A stretch of 64,000 nucleotides of DNA from Minisyncoccota bacterium (GTDB lineage: Bacteria; Patescibacteriota; Minisyncoccia; UBA6257; 2-01-FULL-56-20): positions 5,774-69,773 of the forward strand of contig DATJLR010000002.1 of NCBI GenBank assembly GCA_035509435.1, in the 5' to 3' direction. Made by a program: the position numbers and the translations under genes. Positions 1 through 7,747 of this stretch are shown here, one piece after another (the first letter of the stretch is position 1; each line of letters opens with the position of its first letter). The notes beneath the pieces were generated by a model, which was not told the DNA's origin, ran no database searches, and saw nothing but the letters and a program-made list of their open reading frames with translations.

Positions 1-1427
1 GCGTGCGTGCCGGAGATGTAGAACAGGCGCTCGCGGTAGTCGGGGAGTTCGCGACGGATCATGTCCGCGTCGATGCGGCTGCCCACCGGCGCCGCATCGC
101 CCGTGATCACGTAATGCGTTTTCATCCCGAGCTTTTCGCGCGCCTCGTCGAACACGTCGCGGAAGGCGATCTCGTCTTCGGTGCGGTTGGAGTAGAAGAG
201 CACGGCGTCGCGCTTCTCGCCGCGGTCGATGAGATCCTTTACCATGCTGCGGAACGGCGTGATGCCGATGCCGCCGGCGATGAACGCGAGCTTTTGTGCC
301 GGGCCGCGGGCCGAATTTTTTGGTAGCGTGAAGTCGCCCGCGAGCTGGCCGGCCATGATCGTGTCGCCCGGCGTGAGCGCGAGGAGCGCGCGCTTGAAAC
401 TGCTCGATGGCTCATAGAACTTTACGCCGAGCTGGATCGTGGGCTCGGTCGGCGATGACGCGATCGTGAAATAGCGGCGGTTGCCGCGGCCGTCAACTTT
501 ATTGTGGCCGAGCGTCCACTCAAGATATTGCCCGGGCCGGAACGCGAGCGGCTTGTCCGGCGTGAAGGTAAAGTGATAGATGTCATTGCTCACCTTTTCT
601 TTCTTTGCGAGGGTGAGCACGCGCCTGCCCTTGGGGCTCACGATGAACGAGAAGACGTTGCCCACGAGGAGCGCGAGCTCGGGCGACGAATTGATCGCGC
701 CGATGGCAATGAACGGCGAGAAAAGTGCGCCCACGAGCGCGCCGTACGCCAGCCGCCACGTGCGCGTGGGCGGCGTGGTCATCGGCTCGGTCAGCATGAT
801 GGACGCAAAGAAAAAGAGCGGCGTATGCACGAGCGCCTTCTCGATCGTCGAGACCGGATCAAGGCCCGCGTGCGTCACGACATCGCTTGCGAGCGCGAAC
901 ACGAGGAAGATAGCCGCGAGGTCGAAGCGCTGGACCTTGCGCAAGACGAGCGCGCCGCCCACGATCACGAACGCCATCATCGGCAGATTGCCGCCGATCC
1001 ACCAGCTCGCCGTCTGCCCGAACGCGAGCGCGGTCACGGCCACGGCGAACGCCGCCGGATTGAAGATGTGCTTCTTGTCGATCGCCAAAACGTATTTTGA
1101 CGCCATCGCGAGGACGGTGGCCCACGCCAGGAATACTATGGTCGCCATATCCGTCGGCATGCCCGGCGTGATGATGAGCGCGAGGATCAGCGCCGTGATG
1201 TACACCGACTCCGAGTTCGCAGGGATCTTCATGAACGCCGCGCAGATCCCATTTACGATCCACGCGACGATGACAAGGAAAAGGGTAGAGAAAACGATCG
1301 CGATCGGGCTATAGGGGAGCCAGCCCACCGCGCCAAAGATCGCCGCGATCGCGAGCAGGACGATGAGGTAGTACATCACGAGACGGTACATCGTGATGTT
1401 GTTCAGGAACCGGTCGATGATATTCAT
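1..1427 (-). CDS. Membrane oxidoreductase, 5' partial in window (C-terminus runs off the window start). N-terminal polytopic domain, C-terminal ferredoxin-NADP reductase-like FAD/NAD(P)-binding module.
   Basis: Manual translation of the minus strand, not listed in the ORF track because it is open at the window edge. ATG at 1427..1425 (MNIIDRFLNN...). Hydrophobic N-terminal ~270 aa. Then RYFTIASSP (RxY[ST] FAD motif) and AGGIGITPF (NAD-binding GGxGxxP), with YISGTHA at the end. Confidence 0.75.
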   Translation of the reverse strand, partial: MNIIDRFLNNITMYRLVMYYLIVLLAIAAIFGAVGWLPYSPIAIVFSTLFLVIVAWIVNGICAAFMKIPANSESVYITALILALIITPGMPTDMATIVFLAWATVLAMASKYVLAIDKKHIFNPAAFAVAVTALAFGQTASWWIGGNLPMMAFVIVGGALVLRKVQRFDLAAIFLVFALASDVVTHAGLDPVSTIEKALVHTPLFFFASIMLTEPMTTPPTRTWRLAYGALVGALFSPFIAIGAINSSPELALLVGNVFSFIVSPKGRRVLTLAKKEKVSNDIYHFTFTPDKPLAFRPGQYLEWTLGHNKVDGRGNRRYFTIASSPTEPTIQLGVKFYEPSSSFKRALLALTPGDTIMAGQLAGDFTLPKNSARGPAQKLAFIAGGIGITPFRSMVKDLIDRGEKRDAVLFYSNRTEDEIAFRDVFDEAREKLGMKTHYVITGDAAPVGSRIDADMIRRELPDYRERLFYISGTH

Positions 1428-1443
1428 ATGGTGAGGGCGCGCG

Positions 1444-2193
1444 CTATTGCGCAACGGTGTATTTTTCGAAGCCGGTCGTCATGGTGGCGACCTTGTTCTT
1501 ATCTATTATATATCCTTCATAGCCGGGAAGCGCCTCGATGAATTTGATCCCGTCGGCGCCCATCGCAAAAGCGGCCGTCGCAAAGCGGTCGGCATCGTGG
1601 ATGGTGGGGCCGATCACGGTGAGCGAGACGATGTCGCTCACGGGCGCGTTGCCCGCTCGCGGGTTATAGATGTGAAGGCCGCGGATGTACGTTCCCGACG
1701 TGGCCACGCCTTCGTCCGTCACATAGACCACTTTTACGTTTTCGATCTCGTTGAAGGGATTTTTGACGCCGACCGCCCATTTTCCGCCATCGGCGTTCCT
1801 GCCGTGCGGCTGGATGTCGCCGCCCGCGTCAACATAAAAATTTTGGAACCCGCGCTTTTCGAGCAGCTTCGCCGCGTTCCAGATGGCCCATCCTTTTACC
1901 AGGCCGGACGGATCGTAGTTTCCCGCAGGTGTCTTGATATCAAAATATCCGTTCGTCTCGTGCTTTGTCTCTTCGCACATCGTGAAGACGAGCCGCATTT
2001 CCTCGCTTGCGTCCTCGAGCGCGAGCGTGCCGTTGTTGATCGCCGTGATCTCGCTCGTGCTCTTATATGTGCTGAACACTTCGTCGATGTGTTCAAGATA
2101 GCCGAACACTTCGCCGAACACGGCCGCGGTCGCCTGCGGATCCACGATCTCCACGGTGATGGGCATTCCCATCATGAATCGCGTCTGCTTCAT
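1444..2193 (-). CDS. apbE: FAD:protein FMN transferase (ApbE/Ftp family)
   Basis: ORF 1444..2319(-). The internal Met at 2193 gives MKQTRFMMGMPITVEIVD, the canonical ApbE N-terminal MGTxVxI-like motif. The upstream 42 codons are an Arg-rich GC artefact. No signal peptide is visible. Confidence 0.8.
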   Translation of the reverse strand: MKQTRFMMGMPITVEIVDPQATAAVFGEVFGYLEHIDEVFSTYKSTSEITAINNGTLALEDASEEMRLVFTMCEETKHETNGYFDIKTPAGNYDPSGLVKGWAIWNAAKLLEKRGFQNFYVDAGGDIQPHGRNADGGKWAVGVKNPFNEIENVKVVYVTDEGVATSGTYIRGLHIYNPRAGNAPVSDIVSLTVIGPTIHDADRFATAAFAMGADGIKFIEALPGYEGYIIDKNKVATMTTGFEKYTVAQ

Positions 2194-2233
2194 AGTGTGC
2201 GCCGCGCGGTGCGCGGCCTTGCTCTGCCTTGGT

Positions 2234-2962
2234 TTATTTTTTTGCCTGCGCGAGCGCGACCGCGAGCGACTGCTGGAAGGCCTGGGAATCCTGCGTCGCC
2301 CCGGAAACAATGTGGACATCCGCGCTTTGCGCGGTGATCGCCTCCTGCTTCAGCGTTGGAAGCGCCCAGCCGCTTACGTTACTTGAATTGCCGCCGGTGG
2401 GATATTGCGGAAAGGTAATGTCGGTGATCGCGCCGCCCTGGATCGTGGCGACCACCTGGAGGTTTCCATAGAACGCGTCAGCCACGCTGCCGGTGTAAGT
2501 GCCGTCTTTATACTGGCCGCTCGATGTGGTGCTGGTTGCCATGATCATGGTTTTAATGAGCGCTGTCGTCGTGGCATCGAGCGATCCCGTTGCTGGAGAG
2601 ATGCCATTCGCCGTTTGGAATTCCGCGAGCGCCGCCTTTGTGAATGTTCCGAAGTATCCGGTCGGCGCGGGGACGGCCGTAAGGTATTTGCTTGCGATCA
2701 GGAATTGCTGGAGCCACGAGACAAGAGGGCCGGTGGCGCCGAGGGAGAGGGTGCCCATGAACGGGGGAGGCATCTTCCCCGGCGGATTGCCGGATGGCGT
2801 GGTTGTGGGTTCTGTGGTCGGACCGGTCGTGCTTGGCGTGCTTGCGGGAAGCGTCGTTGACGGGCCGTTGAGCGTTGCCACCGACGAGGGATTCCTACTT
2901 GCAAAGACAAGATATGCGATGAATGCGACGACAAGAACGCCCGCGATGATATATTTTTTCAT
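2234..2962 (-). CDS. Membrane-anchored FMN-binding domain protein with a peptidoglycan-binding (PG_binding_1-like) domain; predicted ApbE substrate
   Basis: N-terminal TM segment MKKYIIAGVLVVAFIAYLVF. Thr/Pro-rich linker. PG-binding-like segment SWLQQFLIASKYL...GYFGTFTKAALAEFQTANGISP. FMN_bind fold with flavinylation motif DVHIVSGATQDS ([ST]GA[ST]). Confidence 0.75.
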   Translation of the reverse strand: MKKYIIAGVLVVAFIAYLVFASRNPSSVATLNGPSTTLPASTPSTTGPTTEPTTTPSGNPPGKMPPPFMGTLSLGATGPLVSWLQQFLIASKYLTAVPAPTGYFGTFTKAALAEFQTANGISPATGSLDATTTALIKTMIMATSTTSSGQYKDGTYTGSVADAFYGNLQVVATIQGGAITDITFPQYPTGGNSSNVSGWALPTLKQEAITAQSADVHIVSGATQDSQAFQQSLAVALAQAKK

Positions 2963-3029
2963 TGTCTATGGGTGGCTACGGGTGATAGTATACTCTGCCT
3001 TCTACGATGGTGCCAGGCTGTTTGGTGCG

Positions 3030-4871
3030 CTACAGTTTCTTCGCGAGCTCTTCCGCTTCCTGCACCATCGCGGCCAGGCTCACGGTGATGCCGTTCTTCC
3101 AGAAATCCTTGTTTGTGGGATCGAGGCCGAAGGGAGCAAGGAGCCCCACGGCGTCCCGCGTGCTGCCGGAGCGGAGCAGGTCGAGATAGAGCGGCTCGAA
3201 TGTGTCGCCAAGGCGCGGACGTTCCGCATATAAGCTTTGCGTAAGCAACTCCCCGAACGCGTAACCGTACACGTAGAACGGGCGATGGAAATGGTTCACG
3301 TATGTCCACAGGTGCTCGGTATCTTCATAGGTGAACACCTCGCCCTCCGCGCCGTAAAATTCCTTGAGTGTCTGAAGCCAGATCGCGTCCAGCTCTGCCG
3401 GCGAAAACTTCTTCGGCTCGCCCCACGTTTTGTACGCTGCGTCCATGCCGTGCAGGCGGCGCTCAAAGTTGGAGAATCCGATCTGCCGCACGATCGTGTT
3501 GATGTTGCCCTCGATCTTATCGGCGACAAGCGCGAGGAGCGCTTTCGTATCGCCGGATTTTTCCCGCTGACCCTTCAAAAAAGTAAAGGTCGTCATCTCG
3601 CCGAACACCGACGCCGTTTCCGCGTACGCTGTCGGCGCATGCATCATGAGCGCGCCTTGTGCCTGGCCCGCGAGCATGCCGTGCACGCCATGCCCGAGCT
3701 CGTGCGCGAGCGTCATCACGTCGTTGCTCGACCCGAGATAGTTCATGAAGACATACGAGGTCGGCCGGTTGCCGGGGAGAACGATGGAATAATTGTATGC
3801 CCCGCCGCGGCGTCCCTTCGTCACCGGCGCGTCAATGCGGTGCGTGTCCGCAAAATCTTTTACCAATCCCGCGAGCGTAGGGCTGAAGCTTGCATACGCG
3901 GCGAGCACCGTTTCCATCGCCGCGTCGAACGGGATGATCGTCGTGTCGGCAAACGGCATCGGCGCGTTGCGGTCGCTCCACTTCAGCTTGTCCATGCCGA
4001 GCAATTTTGCCTTGAGCGCGTAGTAGCGACGCGCGAGCGGGCCGGCGGTCGTCGTCACCGCCTCGTGGAGCGCGTCCACGACCGCGTCCGGAACGCGGTT
4101 GGATTTGTTGCGCGAATCCATCGGATTTTTGTAGCCGCGCTCGCGCCGTTCGACAGCCGCTTCGCCTGCCACCATATAGAGCGATTGGGCGGAGTATTTT
4201 GCAAAGTAACCGCCAAGCTCGGCGTTGATGAGCGCGAGCGCCTCCTCGCGCTCCGCGGCATCTTTGGAATTGGTAAGCACATCAAGCATCTCGGTGAGCG
4301 TCTTCTCGGCGCCGCGGAACTGCATGCGCAGATCCGCCTCCACTTCATCGAAAAATTCCGCCCATGAGGCGGGGCCGAACGGCGACCGTTTGGAGAGCGC
4401 GGCTTCCACCGGCTCGCTCAAAAGGTGCGGTTTGAACACGCGGGCGTGCTCGATCCATGGGCGGTGGCGCGCGACGAGCGCGTCCGATGCGTAGAGCTTT
4501 GCGAGCGTCACATCGTCGAGCGCCACGAGCTCGATGTCAAAGAAGGTGAGATAATTGCCGATCGCTTCGCTCGCGATCCGCTCCGCTTCCGCCATCTTTG
4601 CCTTTACCGCCGCATCCGCCACGTTCAAGCTTTGCTTGAGGTAGAGGTAGCCGAATATCTTTTCCGCGAGCATAGAGATATCCATAAGGTCTGTGATCGC
4701 GCCGCCGAGTTTCTCCGCGAGTGTGCCCTTGTGGTCTTCGCAAAACTTTTTTTCGCGTGCGACAAGGTCGGCGATGTCTTTGTCTATCTGCGGATCATCC
4801 ACGCCCGTGTAAAGAAGGGAGAGATCCCAGCGTGCGTGTTCGGTTTTCAGATCGGGAGCATTGTTTTCCAT
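3030..4871 (-). CDS. pepF: Oligoendopeptidase F (M3B metallopeptidase)
   Basis: 613 aa with the zinc motif HELGHGVH and a typical M3B length and arrangement. Confidence 0.9.
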   Translation of the reverse strand: MENNAPDLKTEHARWDLSLLYTGVDDPQIDKDIADLVAREKKFCEDHKGTLAEKLGGAITDLMDISMLAEKIFGYLYLKQSLNVADAAVKAKMAEAERIASEAIGNYLTFFDIELVALDDVTLAKLYASDALVARHRPWIEHARVFKPHLLSEPVEAALSKRSPFGPASWAEFFDEVEADLRMQFRGAEKTLTEMLDVLTNSKDAAEREEALALINAELGGYFAKYSAQSLYMVAGEAAVERRERGYKNPMDSRNKSNRVPDAVVDALHEAVTTTAGPLARRYYALKAKLLGMDKLKWSDRNAPMPFADTTIIPFDAAMETVLAAYASFSPTLAGLVKDFADTHRIDAPVTKGRRGGAYNYSIVLPGNRPTSYVFMNYLGSSNDVMTLAHELGHGVHGMLAGQAQGALMMHAPTAYAETASVFGEMTTFTFLKGQREKSGDTKALLALVADKIEGNINTIVRQIGFSNFERRLHGMDAAYKTWGEPKKFSPAELDAIWLQTLKEFYGAEGEVFTYEDTEHLWTYVNHFHRPFYVYGYAFGELLTQSLYAERPRLGDTFEPLYLDLLRSGSTRDAVGLLAPFGLDPTNKDFWKNGITVSLAAMVQEAEELAKKL

Positions 4872-4930
4872 TGCTCAAAGTATAAGCGGAGGATTAAGAA
4901 ATGTAAAAGCATATTTGATATACTGAAAAC

Positions 4931-6181
4931 ATGGATCCTCATGGTCCCCAAAGGGGCTTTACCCTCATTGAGCTCTTAGTGGTTATCGCGATCATCGCCA
5001 TCCTGGCCGTGGTCGTCGTCCTCACGCTGAATCCGGCGGAGCTTCTCCGCCAGTCCCGCGATGCCAACCGTCTCTCCGATCTCGCCACGCTCTCTTCTGC
5101 CGTCAACCTCTATAATACGGACCAGTCGGGGAACCCATCGTATTTCCTAGGGAACGTCTCGTCGTCGTACCTCTCCATTCCTGATCCCACCGCGACAAGC
5201 ACGAATCAGTGCCAAGGCCTCGGTATGGGCGCCACCCCCGGCTCCTACCTGTACGGCTGCTCGGCAAGCTCTACTTACCGCGCCGTCTCTTCCCAGGGCT
5301 GGCTTCCCGTCAACTTTTCTACCCTTACCGCCGGCAGCCCCATAAGTTCCCTCCCCGTGGATCCCGTGAACCAGACAAGTTCCGGCCTCTACTATACTTA
5401 CAACACGAATGGTACGGTCTACGACCTGAGCGCCTTCACGGAGTCCCAGAAATATGCAAAAATTGCCCTTGTTGACGGAGGCAATGACCCCTCTCTTCTT
5501 GAGGCCGGATCGGGGATCGCCACCCTCCCTGACCTCGGGCGAGGGCTTGTGGGGTATTGGCCGCTCAATGAGGGAACGGGTTCGAGCACCGTGGATTGGA
5601 GTGGTGGCGGCAATAATGGTACGTGGACAGGCACGGCATCAGGCACCTCCGGTTATTATTCTTCGGGAAAGACAAGCCAGTGGGCGGGATATTTTAACGG
5701 AGTGAACGATAAAGTTAGTATAGGCGGCCCGTCTTCGTTTGTGATGGGGACCAGCAGTTTCAGCTTTGGCGTATGGGCATATCCTACCACGTGGCCAACC
5801 AATGGCCCTTTGCTTGTCACGGGTGCGGATAACGGGACAAGTAATCAGGGATTTACTTTTCGGGTAACGACCGGCAATCAGGTGTTGGTCATGATCTGCG
5901 ACGGCGCCACGCGGCCCGTGATGACCTATACTGGATTGCCAACGAGCACCTGGTCATTTTTGTTCGTCACCATAAACCGCGCGACCAATATCGGCACTGC
6001 GTATCTTAATGGAAGTGTGTTTGCGACGGAAAGCCTCGCTGGCCTTGGCTCGATCGGTCAGGCGGAAACTTTGACCATGGGTAGTGTCACTGGGTATACC
6101 GGAGAGGCCAATGACGTTCGCATTTACGACCGCGCTCTTTCCGCCTCGGAGGTCCAGCAGCTATACAACGCAGAGAAATAA
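4931..6181 (+). CDS. Type IV pilin-like protein (prepilin N-terminal methylation domain) fused to a LamG / concanavalin A-like lectin domain
   Basis: N-terminus RGFTLIELLVVIAIIAILAVVVV is a class III signal / pilin helix. C-terminal LVGYWPLNEGTGSS...VRIYDRALSASEVQQLY is a LamG-like jelly-roll. Paralogs lie at 48155 and at 51216(-). Confidence 0.8.
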   Translation: MDPHGPQRGFTLIELLVVIAIIAILAVVVVLTLNPAELLRQSRDANRLSDLATLSSAVNLYNTDQSGNPSYFLGNVSSSYLSIPDPTATSTNQCQGLGMGATPGSYLYGCSASSTYRAVSSQGWLPVNFSTLTAGSPISSLPVDPVNQTSSGLYYTYNTNGTVYDLSAFTESQKYAKIALVDGGNDPSLLEAGSGIATLPDLGRGLVGYWPLNEGTGSSTVDWSGGGNNGTWTGTASGTSGYYSSGKTSQWAGYFNGVNDKVSIGGPSSFVMGTSSFSFGVWAYPTTWPTNGPLLVTGADNGTSNQGFTFRVTTGNQVLVMICDGATRPVMTYTGLPTSTWSFLFVTINRATNIGTAYLNGSVFATESLAGLGSIGQAETLTMGSVTGYTGEANDVRIYDRALSASEVQQLYNAEK

Positions 6182-6225
6182 GCTATTTAAGACAGTTTTA
6201 ATGCACGGTGTGCTACGCTCCGTGC

Positions 6226-7365
6226 ATGACGACAAAAAAACCATCTGCGGTGCTTGCCGTGCTCCTCGCGGCCGCTTCCGCGCTTGTTCCCGTGGGGGCC
6301 GCCCGCGCGGCATATCGGTTCTCGGATTTTCAGGGAAAGCCGCCGGTGCATGTTTATCGGTCGGCCGAAAAGGCGCCTTCCGGCGTGACACCGGCGGAGA
6401 TAAAAAAGATCTATGACCTTCCGGCGACCGGCGGCAAAGGGACGATCGCGCTCATCGACGCGTACGACGATCCGAATGCCGAGAGCGACCTTGCCGTGTT
6501 CGACAAGCAATTCAACCTGCCCGCGTGTACGACGGCGAACGGCTGTTTTGAAAAGCATAAGATGTCGAGTTCGGTGGCGGCGAACAGCGGCTGGTCCATG
6601 GAAATGGCGCTCGACGTGCAATGGGCGCACGCGATCGCGCCAAAGGCCAAGATATTGCTCGTGGAGGCGACGACGCCCAGCGGCACCAATCTGTTGAACG
6701 CGATCGACTACGCGACGTCGCGCAAGGATGTCGTTGCGATCTCAATGAGCTGGGGCGGCGCGGAATTTTCTGACGAGCTTTCGTACGACTCACACTTTGT
6801 GGACAAGGCGAACCCCGCCGCCGCGTTCTTTGCGTCGTCGGGTGACGATGGCGCGGGGGCGAGCTGGCCCGCGTCCTCGCCGAACGTGATCGGCGTCGGT
6901 GGCACGTCGCTTGCGCTCGCGTCGAGCGGCGCGCTCATCGCCGAGAGCGCGTGGTCGGGGAGCGGCGGCGGGGTGAGCGCGTACGAAAAAGAGCCGGCAT
7001 ATCAGACCGCATATAAAATTTCCAAAGCCGGCGGCATGCGCGCGATCCCGGACGTTTCGTATGACGCGGATCCTGCGTCCGGCTATCCGGTATACCTCAC
7101 GACCGGCACCGGCAGTAAAGCAAAGGGTTCGTGGAACACGGTCGGCGGAACGAGCGCGGGCGCGCCGCAGTGGGCCGCCATCCAGGCGCTCGGCGGTTCC
7201 GCCGCGCTCGCAAAATTCTACACCGACAAGGCATCCACGAGTACGCTCAAATATTTCCGCGACATCACGAGCGGGTCCAACGGCGATTGCACATATTACT
7301 GCGACGCCCGGAAGCGCTACGACTATGTGACGGGGCTGGGAAGTCCGCAGACGACGAAGTTTTAG
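6226..7365 (+). CDS. Secreted S8/S53 (sedolisin/subtilisin-like) serine peptidase
   Basis: Signal peptide MTTKKPSAVLAVLLAAASALVPVGAARA. Catalytic Ser motif GGTSAGAP. Asp/Glu-containing N-terminal region. The ORF opens at 6208 and the second Met was chosen as start. Confidence 0.8.
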   Translation: MTTKKPSAVLAVLLAAASALVPVGAARAAYRFSDFQGKPPVHVYRSAEKAPSGVTPAEIKKIYDLPATGGKGTIALIDAYDDPNAESDLAVFDKQFNLPACTTANGCFEKHKMSSSVAANSGWSMEMALDVQWAHAIAPKAKILLVEATTPSGTNLLNAIDYATSRKDVVAISMSWGGAEFSDELSYDSHFVDKANPAAAFFASSGDDGAGASWPASSPNVIGVGGTSLALASSGALIAESAWSGSGGGVSAYEKEPAYQTAYKISKAGGMRAIPDVSYDADPASGYPVYLTTGTGSKAKGSWNTVGGTSAGAPQWAAIQALGGSAALAKFYTDKASTSTLKYFRDITSGSNGDCTYYCDARKRYDYVTGLGSPQTTKF

Positions 7366-7394
7366 GCGTCGCGCGCGATCATAAAAAGAAGAAC

Positions 7395-7420
7395 GGCGCG
7401 GGATCAGATGATCCCGCGCC
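7395..7420. terminator. Bidirectional intrinsic terminator hairpin (GGCGCGGGATC-agat-GATCCCGCGCC)
   Basis: Perfect 11-bp stem just downstream of the peptidase stop. An A-run lies upstream, which reads as a T-run on the minus strand. Confidence 0.5.
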
Positions 7421-7422
7421 AC

Positions 7423-7641
7423 TTACTTCACGTAGAGAAGTATCAAATTGAGCAGCACAATGATCGCCAGTCCGCAATCAAGGGTGTTGGTAGGCCGCAA
7501 TGCCCTATGGGAAACAACAAAGACAACGAGCATTGCTGGGATCGCCAAGGCGAGAACAAGGATTCTTGCAGCATGGATCCACATGCAGTTGGCCTCCGGG
7601 GCCGCTAAATATAAGGGTATCAGCGGGGTATTTTTTGTCAA
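7423..7641 (-). CDS. Hypothetical small membrane protein (2 predicted TM helices)
   Basis: 72-aa ORF with two hydrophobic stretches. It sits between a terminator and the gyrB promoter region. No homology is recognised. Confidence 0.25.
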   Translation of the reverse strand: MTKNTPLIPLYLAAPEANCMWIHAARILVLALAIPAMLVVFVVSHRALRPTNTLDCGLAIIVLLNLILLYVK

Positions 7642-7656
7642 TTTGGGATAGGGAAG

Positions 7657-7686
7657 ATGCTTGGATTTTTGGGCTAAAACATGCTA
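7657..7686 (+). promoter_or_regulatory. Putative sigma70 promoter of gyrB (TTGGAT - 18 nt - TGcTAAAAT)
   Basis: -35-like TTGGAT, 18-nt spacer, extended -10 TGcTAAAAT. It lies about 60 nt upstream of the gyrB start. Confidence 0.4.
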
Positions 7687-7747
7687 AAATATCTGTATTG
7701 CCGCAGCGGCATTTTTTAACGAAACGTAAGCGAAAAACCCAATAAAA

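Noticed and set aside
859-1263. 134-aa minus-strand ORF rich in Arg/Gly/His
   Set aside because: It lies in an alternative frame of the membrane oxidoreductase gene, whose proper frame gives coherent TM plus FNR motifs. The Arg-rich composition is typical of GC-rich out-of-frame translation.
2193-2319. 42-codon N-terminal extension of ApbE
   Set aside because: Arg/Ser/Pro-rich, non-hydrophobic, with no signal peptide character. The internal Met gives the canonical ApbE N-terminus.
3237-4367. 376-aa plus-strand ORF antisense to pepF
   Set aside because: Extremely Arg/His-rich low-complexity translation with no motifs. pepF on the opposite strand has a clear HExxH.
6181-6230. Hairpin GCACGG...CCGTGC after the first pilin gene, as a terminator
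   Set aside because: There is no downstream T-run and it overlaps the peptidase start region. More likely incidental or an attenuator at best.
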